Of a stretch of DNA of 20,000 bases, positions 8,953-16,964 are shown in pieces. Within the stretch, counting starts at the first letter, position 1. Each line of letters starts with the position of its first letter. Under the pieces are notes generated by a model that had not been told where the DNA came from, made no database searches, and saw only the letters and a list, made by a program, of their open reading frames with translations. The DNA comes from an uncultured virus (IMG/VR IMGVR_UViG_3300000115_000011) (taxonomy: Duplodnaviria > Heunggongvirae > Uroviricota > Caudoviricetes): the IMG/VR virus record IMGVR_UViG_3300000115_000011, one strand, 5' to 3'. The position numbers and the translations under genes were made by a program.

Positions 8953-11307
8953 TTAGTTAAGGAATTTGTTGACTGAAGCCTCAAATCTTTTGATCACAGC
9001 AGCAGGGGCTTTTCTGGTATTTAGTGATTTATAAATGTCACGAATGACTGACATCCTTAGAGATGGCATGTCATCAACAAACTCCTTTAATGTTCCTTGA
9101 TCTGCATAAGCATTTATCTGTTCAGATAATCCTATGACTGCGGTCTGATCTAATTGATCAAACATGCTGGGGCCAAAACCCCAAGCCATTTTCCATCTAT
9201 CTAAGATGTTAGGCTTCTGGGATGGCGTCATATTCTGTGGGCCATTGACTTCCATCCAATACTCAAAGACATCTTCCCACTGCTTAGCCGTCTTTTGATT
9301 TCTTGGTAATGACTGTATTCGCGTTAGCATCTGCTCAACGCTGTTGATATGATTAGGGTCACGGGCCGCTTCCCTCCTGACCAAAGCCATCATGTCAGGG
9401 TCACTTATGGCTGCTCTCATATCAGTAATCTCAGCTTCAATCGCACCAGCTCTGTTGTAATCAATTTCATCATTAGTAGATGCTTGATTATCAGCAGCTG
9501 TGCTAGCCTGATTATTGGCTTGCCACTCTTCATACTTGTAATGTCTAGGGTCATCTATAGCTAAGCCATTGTTAGAGATTAAAGTTTTTAATCGATCTCC
9601 TGCACCCTGTTCATAAGCACCTGTTTGTTCTCGTGTCATGTCTAGATGTAGGGCCGTGTTGTCAGCAATACGCTGGTTTTCTGGATCAGAAGAAAGCCAC
9701 TCTTTTAAGGTTCCGTTCTTAGCCATAGTGACAATAGCGTTCGCATTTTCAGTAACCATATCTATTGCGTCCATGTTTGATGGGCGTTGGGTAGGTAAGA
9801 TCTGAAGACCGTTTGGAGAGGCGTTAACCACAGCTGCGTTAGAGTTAGTAGGGAAAGCTTCAAACATTCTGAATTGATCTGGATTAACTTTAGGTGGTGG
9901 AGTAATCTCTTCATTAGTAAGTCCAAGACCTCTCATTTCGGGACTAGAAGATGACTGTCCTTGGTATCCTGATGCCTGCTCTCGAGCTGATTGTGCTTGT
10001 TGAGCAACTACCGCATTTAAATCAGGAGCTGCTTCTGGACGCACAGGACTATCTGTATTTGTAGTTACATTTTGATTTGTAGTTACATTTTGATTTGTAG
10101 TTACAGTTTCAGTTGCAGTGTCGGCGCTATTAGAATCAGTCTGATTAGCTACTAGACTATTGACCGCATCATTAACGGAGCCACCTGTAGCCTGTGCCTG
10201 CATACCTTCAATGCCAGAGAGTGACTGGTAATCCTCACCGTTATACTTAATGTAAATATTATCTATTGCACTGAAGTATTTCTGGGCTTTAGCCATGTTA
10301 GCTTGGTAAGCATTAAATGCCTGTATATTGACCGGTTGTGAAACACCACCTGATATGACAGTCTTAGGCGCGTCTTTTTCTTTAAACAGCCCCTCGATTA
10401 TGGCCGCTTCACTAGATGAAGACTTGGGGTAGAATTGTGAAATAGCGCTCTGAGCCATAGTCATGTGCTTAGTGCCTAAGCTCGTATAGGTAGAAATCAT
10501 GTTCGTATCAACAGAACTCATAGGGGTTTCCACACCTTGAGTCTTCATCAGTTGCCTGATGTTTTTCATTAACGGTTCCATCCCGTCAGTGAGCATCATC
10601 GTACCCTTAAGATTTGACAATAACCCATCAACATTTTGACCTACGACATTGTCTCCATCACCAGCAGTTCCGGCTCCCTGTGTCATCGCTGCAAGGTATG
10701 TCTTTACGTTTCCTTCAGCGTCCTCATACATAACTTCAAGATCACCGCCAACAACTCCGCCTCCCATAGCGTAAGCCCCGCCGATTAACTTCTTGTTGAG
10801 AATCTTGTTTCCTTTAATCTTCTCTGGTGTATTGGTATAAACTCCTTCGATTCCCTTTCTCTTATCAGGTACTCTTCCCATTGTTTCAAACGGGACTTCG
10901 CTGTTGTTCTTATTTAGCCTGCCTCCCCATACAAGGTTTACAGCGTTGGTGAACTCAGGGGATTGAAGGTTGTACTTCTGGTTTAAAATGTCTTGTTGAG
11001 CTTCTTTAACTTTAGGATCTAAGTGATGGTATAGGTCATAATTCAAATCAGTTTGCAGAACATCCAAGAAGTCTTGCGAAGGAAGTTGTCCAGCATCGAT
11101 TTGCCCCGCAATACCTTTTATCGCTTCTTCAACTCTTCTCTTCTTTTGATCCTGCTCAAAAACAGTTTGTTGATTATCAAATGTCTTTTGTGCATTGTCG
11201 GCAGTCTGTTGATTAAGCTTTTGTGTCTTTTGACGATTGTAATAATCGTCCATCATCTTGAAGCCGCCTGTAAAACCGCTAGCCAAACCTTGTCCAGTTA
11301 AACTCAT
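8953..11307 (-). CDS. Putative internal virion/DNA ejection protein (784 aa)
   Basis: ORF track. N-terminal GQGLASGFTGGF followed by a Gln/Lys coiled coil is typical of podovirus ejection proteins. It sits directly upstream of the giant protein and has an SD-like AGAGGAAG before the start. Confidence 0.7.
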   Translation of the reverse strand: MSLTGQGLASGFTGGFKMMDDYYNRQKTQKLNQQTADNAQKTFDNQQTVFEQDQKKRRVEEAIKGIAGQIDAGQLPSQDFLDVLQTDLNYDLYHHLDPKVKEAQQDILNQKYNLQSPEFTNAVNLVWGGRLNKNNSEVPFETMGRVPDKRKGIEGVYTNTPEKIKGNKILNKKLIGGAYAMGGGVVGGDLEVMYEDAEGNVKTYLAAMTQGAGTAGDGDNVVGQNVDGLLSNLKGTMMLTDGMEPLMKNIRQLMKTQGVETPMSSVDTNMISTYTSLGTKHMTMAQSAISQFYPKSSSSEAAIIEGLFKEKDAPKTVISGGVSQPVNIQAFNAYQANMAKAQKYFSAIDNIYIKYNGEDYQSLSGIEGMQAQATGGSVNDAVNSLVANQTDSNSADTATETVTTNQNVTTNQNVTTNTDSPVRPEAAPDLNAVVAQQAQSAREQASGYQGQSSSSPEMRGLGLTNEEITPPPKVNPDQFRMFEAFPTNSNAAVVNASPNGLQILPTQRPSNMDAIDMVTENANAIVTMAKNGTLKEWLSSDPENQRIADNTALHLDMTREQTGAYEQGAGDRLKTLISNNGLAIDDPRHYKYEEWQANNQASTAADNQASTNDEIDYNRAGAIEAEITDMRAAISDPDMMALVRREAARDPNHINSVEQMLTRIQSLPRNQKTAKQWEDVFEYWMEVNGPQNMTPSQKPNILDRWKMAWGFGPSMFDQLDQTAVIGLSEQINAYADQGTLKEFVDDMPSLRMSVIRDIYKSLNTRKAPAAVIKRFEASVNKFLN
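9938..9974. repeat. Dispersed 37-bp repeat, copy 1 (encodes SGYQGQSSSSP)
   Basis: 34/37 identical to 12204-12240. The three mismatches are synonymous third positions. Confidence 0.9.
10057..10105. repeat. Coding tandem repeat, about 2.7 x 18 bp (VTTNQN)
   Basis: atttgtagttacattttg at 10057 and 10075, with a partial copy at 10093. Confidence 0.9.
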
Positions 11308-11319
11308 GGGTACTTCCTC

Positions 11320-11691
11320 TTAAAACATTTCGCCAATTAACAAACCAATACCAGCACCAATCAATGCTCCCCATGGGCCTGCTGCTGCGCCTGCTGTAGC
11401 TAGGGTTGAACCAGTTGCGGCTGCGCCAGCACCTGCAAGTCCAGTTGCACCAGCCATAGTGCCTCCAGTTCCAAGCGCACCAGCTATCGCCTGACCTCCC
11501 ATTTGTGACATGCCATACTGCGCACCTAAACCAGCAGTCGTTCCTATCATTGACTTCTTCTGAGCTGACGCGGCCTGTTCTAGTTGTGTTTGCATCATTT
11601 CTCTTGACTGCTCTAGCCCAGCAGCCTTAGAGAAACCAGCCTTTGCACTACTAGCCATTCCTCGTCCTGTACCAATCAATCCATAAGCCAT
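11320..11691 (-). CDS. Small Gly/Ala-rich internal virion/ejection protein with glycine-zipper hydrophobic C-terminus
   Basis: 123 aa. Starts MAYGLIG, has a polar helix, and ends GAAAGPWGALIGAGIGLLIGEMF. Lies within the ejection gene cluster. Confidence 0.7.
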   Translation of the reverse strand: MAYGLIGTGRGMASSAKAGFSKAAGLEQSREMMQTQLEQAASAQKKSMIGTTAGLGAQYGMSQMGGQAIAGALGTGGTMAGATGLAGAGAAATGSTLATAGAAAGPWGALIGAGIGLLIGEMF

Positions 11692-11695
11692 AGTC

Positions 11696-12265
11696 TTAAC
11701 CTTTTTGACGCATCGTATTGATGCCGCCAGTCATAATTTTGTCTTGTCGCTCATCGGCTGTAGCGTACAAGTTGTTCTTCGCATCCACTGATGCAATCGC
11801 TTGATCTAAACTGGCCATCCGATTTCGGCTGGCTGCCTGATCTTCGTTAGGAGATATTCCATAACGAGAGAGTTGACGATCAGCGATTCCGCGCATGGTG
11901 GTAAATGATTGATTCACCGCTTCTGGAATTCTTTCTGCTTCGCCTTCCATCATTCCACCATTTTTGTAGATAGCAGCAAGACGATCCTCATAGGGCTGGA
12001 AACGCTTCTTGTAGTCTTCCCATTGCTCTCGAGTAATCGCGGCATTGATTGCAGAAGCTCCACCTTTGCTACTAGCATCTATTGAATTAGGGTCTGATGT
12101 GTTGCTTGATAATCCACCAGTGTTATAAGAACGTCCCTGACCAGCACCATTACCGTCATAAGCGATTGTGTTACTTACACCGCCAGTCCCATAATTCCCT
12201 AAGTCGGGACTAGATGATGACTGCCCTTGGTATCCCGATGTATATGCGTCCTCGTATGTTTTCAT
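11696..12265 (-). CDS. Putative internal virion/ejection protein (189 aa)
   Basis: ORF track. ATGA overlap with the upstream stop and SD AAGGAG. The motif AAITREQWEDYKKRFQPYEDRL recalls small virion proteins of 933W/phi24B-like phages (recall, not searched). Confidence 0.7.
   Translation of the reverse strand: MKTYEDAYTSGYQGQSSSSPDLGNYGTGGVSNTIAYDGNGAGQGRSYNTGGLSSNTSDPNSIDASSKGGASAINAAITREQWEDYKKRFQPYEDRLAAIYKNGGMMEGEAERIPEAVNQSFTTMRGIADRQLSRYGISPNEDQAASRNRMASLDQAIASVDAKNNLYATADERQDKIMTGGINTMRQKG
12204..12240. repeat. Dispersed 37-bp repeat, copy 2 (encodes SGYQGQSSSSP)
   Basis: 34/37 identical to 9938-9974. Confidence 0.9.
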
Positions 12266-12927
12266 GAAGGTTTACTCCTTGGTTCCATATAACCCCTAAG
12301 ACCAGCACCACCAATTGTGCCAACGCTTTCTAGTGTGCCTTGGTAGTCGTTGTATATTCCTTTGGCTCTTTGCTCAGCCGTATCAACACTGCTAGCTGCA
12401 ATGTCAGCAAGACCCTTAACCGAATCTGATGCTTGACCTTGGCCGATGTTAACGATGCCTTCCATCCGAGCAATCTTCTCTGTTCCTAGACCTCGGTTGG
12501 CCTGATTAACTGCCGAAGAAAGAACCTTAGATCCTTTCGACATGAGGGCTGAGTTTGCTCCCATGAACTTGCCAGAGTTAGGATTGATTCCACCTTGGAA
12601 CATAGCTTGGTTACCAGCGTCCACCTGACTGCCTGCACCAGCAACTATGGCGTTACCTGTGAGTCCACCAATGCGGTCATATGCTGCATCAGAAGTCATG
12701 TTGTCTACCTTGGCCATGTACTGATCTTCCAAGGGTCGATAGATGTCCTTGTAGCGATTCCATTTCTCTAAGGAAACCCTAGCAAATTCTTTCTCTTCTT
12801 CTGTCTCAGGGACTTCATAATCGCCGCCTCCTTTGCAAAGATCGACTGGGCCTTCGTGCTCATAATATTCATCTTCAAGCACTTCGCCTGTAGTCATGCA
12901 GGTTACGACTCTAGTGTGGATCTTCAC
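12262..12927 (-). CDS. Internal virion/ejection protein with N-terminal leader ending in CKGGG (221 aa)
   Basis: Start moved from 12954 to GTG 12927 because AAGGAG lies 7 nt upstream. Sequence MKIHTRVVTCMTTGEVLEDEYYEHEGPVDLCKGGG...WNRYKDIYRPLEDQYMAKVD, then a Gly/Ala/Asn-rich helical body. Confidence 0.72.
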   Translation of the reverse strand: MKIHTRVVTCMTTGEVLEDEYYEHEGPVDLCKGGGDYEVPETEEEKEFARVSLEKWNRYKDIYRPLEDQYMAKVDNMTSDAAYDRIGGLTGNAIVAGAGSQVDAGNQAMFQGGINPNSGKFMGANSALMSKGSKVLSSAVNQANRGLGTEKIARMEGIVNIGQGQASDSVKGLADIAASSVDTAEQRAKGIYNDYQGTLESVGTIGGAGLRGYMEPRSKPS

Positions 12928-13348
12928 GGGGTATCTCCTTAGTGAGAACGACATACTGTTGTTTAAAATTAGCCTCCCTACCTAACAATCTACCCCATCC
13001 TTTTCGTCCGTAAACCTCTAGGTGAGAACAGTTTTGCAGTTTGGCTAACCGGTATAATGATTTCTCCATTAGCCGTCCCCATTTGTGGAATTTTGAACCT
13101 CCAATGGAATGGACTAATAGTATTTTTCGCTGTGGGTAATTTCTAAATTGCGTGGTGTAGGCTGCAATGATTTCGTTGCCGTCACCTACACACCAGAGTT
13201 GCATCTGGTCATTCATGATTAGCTCTAATATATCTGTCGAGAGATATTCACCAATAGAGTATTCAAGGGCTGAGTCTATGTAGCCCTGTACTTTAGGCCA
13301 GATGTCTTCAACCATTTCTTTTGGTGTGTATAGTATTTCGTAATCCAC
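12911..13348 (-). CDS. GNAT-fold-like virion assembly protein (positional analogue of T7 gp13 / P22 gp14)
   Basis: 145 aa. The GTG start overlaps the phoH stop (TAGTG). The pattern QLW...AYTTQF..YPQRKILLVHSIGG...LEVYGRKGWGRLL is typical of the acetyltransferase-like gene that precedes podovirus ejection genes. Confidence 0.65.
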   Translation of the reverse strand: MDYEILYTPKEMVEDIWPKVQGYIDSALEYSIGEYLSTDILELIMNDQMQLWCVGDGNEIIAAYTTQFRNYPQRKILLVHSIGGSKFHKWGRLMEKSLYRLAKLQNCSHLEVYGRKGWGRLLGREANFKQQYVVLTKEIPREDPH

Positions 13349-14073
13349 TAAAGACCCTCTTTATAGAACGTCTCCACAAACATGCGACAAACACTACTTC
13401 GCTGAATGTCATCTAACTCAAAGTCCACAATGGTCACAGGTAACATGTATTTTTTGGCTAAATGGATTAACTTACCTAAGCCTGAAGTCTCTTTAATATC
13501 TGATTGGGCAAGGTCACCCATCAATATAAGCTTGCAGTTCTCTCCGACTCGAGTACATACCGCCTTGATTTCCTCAACGGTCATCTGCTGAGCTTCATCT
13601 ATTAGAAAGAAAGCCCCTTCATCTTCACCACCAAAACTTCTGCCTCGGATAGTTTCAAGAGGTTGCAACTCGATGAGTCCGTTGTTAAGGCTAGTCTCAA
13701 ACCTTCCTGCCCCCATACGTTGCTTGAGAACATCGATCATCGGCATAAGCCAGTTCAACATCTTGTCATCCTTATCACCCTTGAAGAAGCCCAGAGAGCG
13801 CCCTGTAGGTATGTTGGCCCTGCATAGAATGATCTTGTGGATTCGAGATTGCATGAACATATCTGCGGCATAGGAGCAAGCAAGATAAGTCTTACCCGAT
13901 CCTGCTGCGCCACTTGCAATGATGACAGGAAGGTCGGGGTTCTTTAGCGCTTTAATGTAGGTATCTTGATTGGGTGTCTTAGCAATAATCGGTGGTTTGT
14001 GACGTTCATCACTCCATTTAATGGCTGCTAATTCTCTTGCTTCCTTAACATTCTTGGTTCGCTTAGATGACAT
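13348..14073 (-). CDS. phoH: PhoH-family ATPase (241 aa)
   Basis: PhoH motifs are present: TPNQDTY, GAAGSGKTYLA, IILCR, LGFFKGD..DKM, PLETIRGRSF, LIDEAQQ, TRVGENCKLILMGDLAQSD, SGL, DIQRS. Start placed at ATG 14073 (AAGGAG 4 nt upstream) rather than TTG 14103. Confidence 0.95.
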   Translation of the reverse strand: MSSKRTKNVKEARELAAIKWSDERHKPPIIAKTPNQDTYIKALKNPDLPVIIASGAAGSGKTYLACSYAADMFMQSRIHKIILCRANIPTGRSLGFFKGDKDDKMLNWLMPMIDVLKQRMGAGRFETSLNNGLIELQPLETIRGRSFGGEDEGAFFLIDEAQQMTVEEIKAVCTRVGENCKLILMGDLAQSDIKETSGLGKLIHLAKKYMLPVTIVDFELDDIQRSSVCRMFVETFYKEGL

Positions 14074-14121
14074 TTGACTCCTTGATAAGCCAGTTGTGGT
14101 CAACCTTAAACGTATCGAAGT

Positions 14122-14139
14122 GTTACAAATATATCAGTG
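14122..14139 (-). promoter_or_regulatory. Candidate Pho box (PhoB site) upstream of phoH
   Basis: Minus strand CACTGAT-ATAT-TTGTAAC matches 14/18 of CTGTCAT-A(A/T)A(T/A)-CTGT(C/A)A(C/T). It lies in the largest intergenic gap of the window (14074-14145). Spacing to -10-like hexamers is non-canonical. Confidence 0.3.
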
Positions 14140-14145
14140 TTATTT

Positions 14146-14778
14146 TTAAATCCGAGTGCCTAATTCCCAACCATTCAGATCGGCTAGACGAATATATCTC
14201 CGGAGTAGTTCAATATCACTTCCCGCTAGAAGCTGTCCTTCTAACTCACGGATGACCATCCAATCTGTCTTAGCTAATAACTCACTTTGTGGGGTCATTG
14301 CAGACCGCCATATAGGAACAAACTCAATTTGAATGTCAGGCCATTGAGCCGATAACTTAGACTGCACTTCATGACGGAAACGCTGGGCTTCCTCGCTAGT
14401 AATTCCTAAACCAAAATCCTCAGCGAAGTCTGGAGTTATGTACACGCAATTCAATAACTGCGTCCCGTCCTGTGGAAAATTATCATAGACGACACGATCA
14501 TAAGAAGACCGATCATCCTCTTCAGAAAGTATTGCGTAATCTACACTATCAGTCTTACCAAGCTCAAAGCGCATAAACTCAGTAAATGAGTTAGACCTGA
14601 CTCCTTTTGATGGAACATTTACTAAGCAGGTACTATGTCCTGCCTCACAGAAACCTAGAGCGACTGCATGACTTAGTAAAGATTTGCCACAACCAGAGCG
14701 GAAACCAGCAACAGCTACCTCTCTAGCAGAGTCTTCTAACTTAAATGGTGCGGTATTGTTATCAATCAGCGGTAACAC
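14146..14778 (-). CDS. Hypothetical protein: degenerate ParA/MinD-like P-loop domain plus C-terminal tail-fibre-assembly-chaperone-like segment
   Basis: VAVAGFRSGCGKSLLSHAVA (Walker A-like, GFRSGCGKS at 14680-14706), YDRVVYD (Walker B-like), and C-terminal ELLAKTDWMVIRELE...LRRYIR. Start probably GTG 14778, 5 nt after AGGAGG (ORF track gives 14784). Confidence 0.6.
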   Translation of the reverse strand: MLPLIDNNTAPFKLEDSAREVAVAGFRSGCGKSLLSHAVALGFCEAGHSTCLVNVPSKGVRSNSFTEFMRFELGKTDSVDYAILSEEDDRSSYDRVVYDNFPQDGTQLLNCVYITPDFAEDFGLGITSEEAQRFRHEVQSKLSAQWPDIQIEFVPIWRSAMTPQSELLAKTDWMVIRELEGQLLAGSDIELLRRYIRLADLNGWELGTRI

Positions 14779-15313
14779 GAGCACCTCCTATGTGGTGGTA
14801 TGCAGCATACACAACGACCCCCTCCTGAAAACACATTCTTATTCCACTAGCATGCTCAGGGATAGATCCTATGTTAGTTAGAGCGATGACACGATTAATT
14901 TCATCCACAGGGATTGACCCGCCTAAGTTGATAAAAATGTTATTAGTCACTGAAGATTGATCATAGAAAATGGATGTTCCAATGTCTCTTTTAACTGCAC
15001 CTACAGGGCGGTATGCAGCAGGAATATCACAACCATAGCCATAGTAATAAACTTCTGTGCCTATAGTGTTATTCTCTGTATCCAACTGTAGCCTGTAATT
15101 ACTAATGAGGGTTGCTCCTGCAACCTTAACACTTCTGTCGCATACGCCATTGATATATATAGAATATATATTTATGCCCATCCTTGAGGAACATAAGCAA
15201 GATAAGTTCCTTATGCGATCAATAAAAATCGGTTCGATTGCATCTCTGATTCTTTGAGGCAACCCCTCTTTCAGATAAGACACTACCCCTTGTGGTGATG
15301 CACTAATAGTCAT
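14762..15313 (-). CDS. Hypothetical protein (183 aa), tail-fibre-associated by position
   Basis: ORF track. Overlaps both neighbours and fills the gap on the coding strand. No motif recognised. Confidence 0.65.
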   Translation of the reverse strand: MTISASPQGVVSYLKEGLPQRIRDAIEPIFIDRIRNLSCLCSSRMGINIYSIYINGVCDRSVKVAGATLISNYRLQLDTENNTIGTEVYYYGYGCDIPAAYRPVGAVKRDIGTSIFYDQSSVTNNIFINLGGSIPVDEINRVIALTNIGSIPEHASGIRMCFQEGVVVYAAYHHIGGARVTAD

Positions 15314-16964
15314 TTTCAGCGGTATCCCTTATACGAAGTCCTTTAGTACCTATAGAGCAGTGAGCGGTAGCGATGCCAGTTACAGACACTTGTGCCACCA
15401 TGCCCGGACTACTACTGTCATTGAAAGCTACTGTGCCTGATGGTGTCATAGTGAAAGACATCGTGTGAGTTAGTGCCATGTGATAGTTCCAAGTGGTGTG
15501 TCCATCTGTGCCTTGCTCTGTTCGATACTGGTATGTCAACGAATAATTATATCCGCCATTTGAACCTGTTATTGTTCTTGTTTTGTTTGAATCATCACCA
15601 CTATTAAACGATGTTATTGCGAAAGACTTAGAGCTTATTGTTGCACCGCCTAATTTTTGTTTAATGTATAAATTGACAGTACAATGAGTTTGAGTCGTTA
15701 CATAGTTGGAGTTGATTAATCCCCCTAACCTTGTCATGGCTACCGTTCCAGAAAAACTAGGAGACACGTTTTGTCGCCTATAGCGCCATAAATTTGATGC
15801 GGGAGATTTTAAAATGTTGGCAGGGCCGGCAGTTAGGTAATAGTTATAAGGCTTAATGTCACCTTGCACTGTCACTGTACCCGTACCTGATGAGGTAGTG
15901 TCCATAACAACTGAGGTGTTATAGGCATAATGATTACCACCAAACTCAGTCTGTAAACCAACCGCCCCTGCTAGAATCAATACACCTTCAATGGTGCCAC
16001 CACGAATTACAGGCGAGAAAATCTCGATTCCTGCTGAGATTGTACCACCCTGAATAACAGGTGCTCTAAGCACTGCACCCGCCTCAATCATTTCACCAGT
16101 TACAGTTATTGCCGATACCTGAGCTGCTGATAGAGTGCCTGTCACATGAACAAAATCGACCTGTAGATCATGAATCTTGGCCATGTCAATTGACGCATCG
16201 GCAATCATAGCTGCCTGAATATAAGTTCCTGCTGCAAACCATCTTCCATCGGGGTGATTTGCCACCTGCCATGCTTTAGTTTTGTTTAGGTATTGTGTGC
16301 TATCCGACCCAATGGCAAGACCATCTCCATAAACTGTTATAAATGGGGTTTTACCAGCTACAGTACCATCGTCTAGTACCAAAACATCAGCGGGTATATG
16401 GTCATTTAACTCTGAGATTAGAGTGCTTACTTTCTTGTCAGTTATTCCCGCAGTACCAGAAGTTTGATTGAAGCTTCCCTTTTGATTCTTAGTATTAACA
16501 AACCTTACCCAGTAAAAAAAACTAGAGTTAGGTTCTACAGGATCGCTGTACATATTATGTGAGGAGGTGGCTATCTTTACCGCAGAAGCAATGTCATTTG
16601 TGTCATAACGCCATACCTCAGTATGAGCATACCCTTGGTAAGTTGCCTTATCCCACACAAGAAGAAGGTTAGTGAACGCACCACTAACAACTAAATTGGT
16701 TGGAGTAGTTGGAAAATCAACTACGTCACTCACTTTGCCAAAGGATATTCCAGAAGATGATCCACCAGAAGCTAGTGATGCTGTACTTACAGTAAGTATT
16801 CCAGCTTGCGCTAAGTCCCTAGCAGTAAGTGCTCGATCCAATCCATCTCCACGCTTACCTTCAAGAACTTCCACGCATTCCTTTACGGATTCATTAAATA
16901 ATCTCTGAGACTCTTCATCACTAAGGTCTGAAGAAATGGATGGAGTATCTACGCGGTTGGTCAT
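15303..16964 (-). CDS. Tail-tip/central tail fibre, host-recognition protein (553 aa)
   Basis: N-terminal VEVLEGKRGDGLDRALTARDL, an FN3-like domain (PTTPTNLVVSG...LLLVWD...HTEVWR...FYWVRFVN), a DUF1983-like GTYIQAAMIADASIDMAKI, two PVIxGGTI repeats, and a Thr/Ser-rich beta C-terminal domain. TAATG coupling to the upstream gene. Confidence 0.8.
   Translation of the reverse strand: MTNRVDTPSISSDLSDEESQRLFNESVKECVEVLEGKRGDGLDRALTARDLAQAGILTVSTASLASGGSSSGISFGKVSDVVDFPTTPTNLVVSGAFTNLLLVWDKATYQGYAHTEVWRYDTNDIASAVKIATSSHNMYSDPVEPNSSFFYWVRFVNTKNQKGSFNQTSGTAGITDKKVSTLISELNDHIPADVLVLDDGTVAGKTPFITVYGDGLAIGSDSTQYLNKTKAWQVANHPDGRWFAAGTYIQAAMIADASIDMAKIHDLQVDFVHVTGTLSAAQVSAITVTGEMIEAGAVLRAPVIQGGTISAGIEIFSPVIRGGTIEGVLILAGAVGLQTEFGGNHYAYNTSVVMDTTSSGTGTVTVQGDIKPYNYYLTAGPANILKSPASNLWRYRRQNVSPSFSGTVAMTRLGGLINSNYVTTQTHCTVNLYIKQKLGGATISSKSFAITSFNSGDDSNKTRTITGSNGGYNYSLTYQYRTEQGTDGHTTWNYHMALTHTMSFTMTPSGTVAFNDSSSPGMVAQVSVTGIATAHCSIGTKGLRIRDTAENDY

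Noticed and set aside
9938..12240. 37-bp repeat pair as a DGR template/variable repeat or att sites
   Set aside because: It is too short for TR/VR, the differences are synonymous, the copies are not at a fibre C-terminus, and no reverse transcriptase or integrase is in the window.
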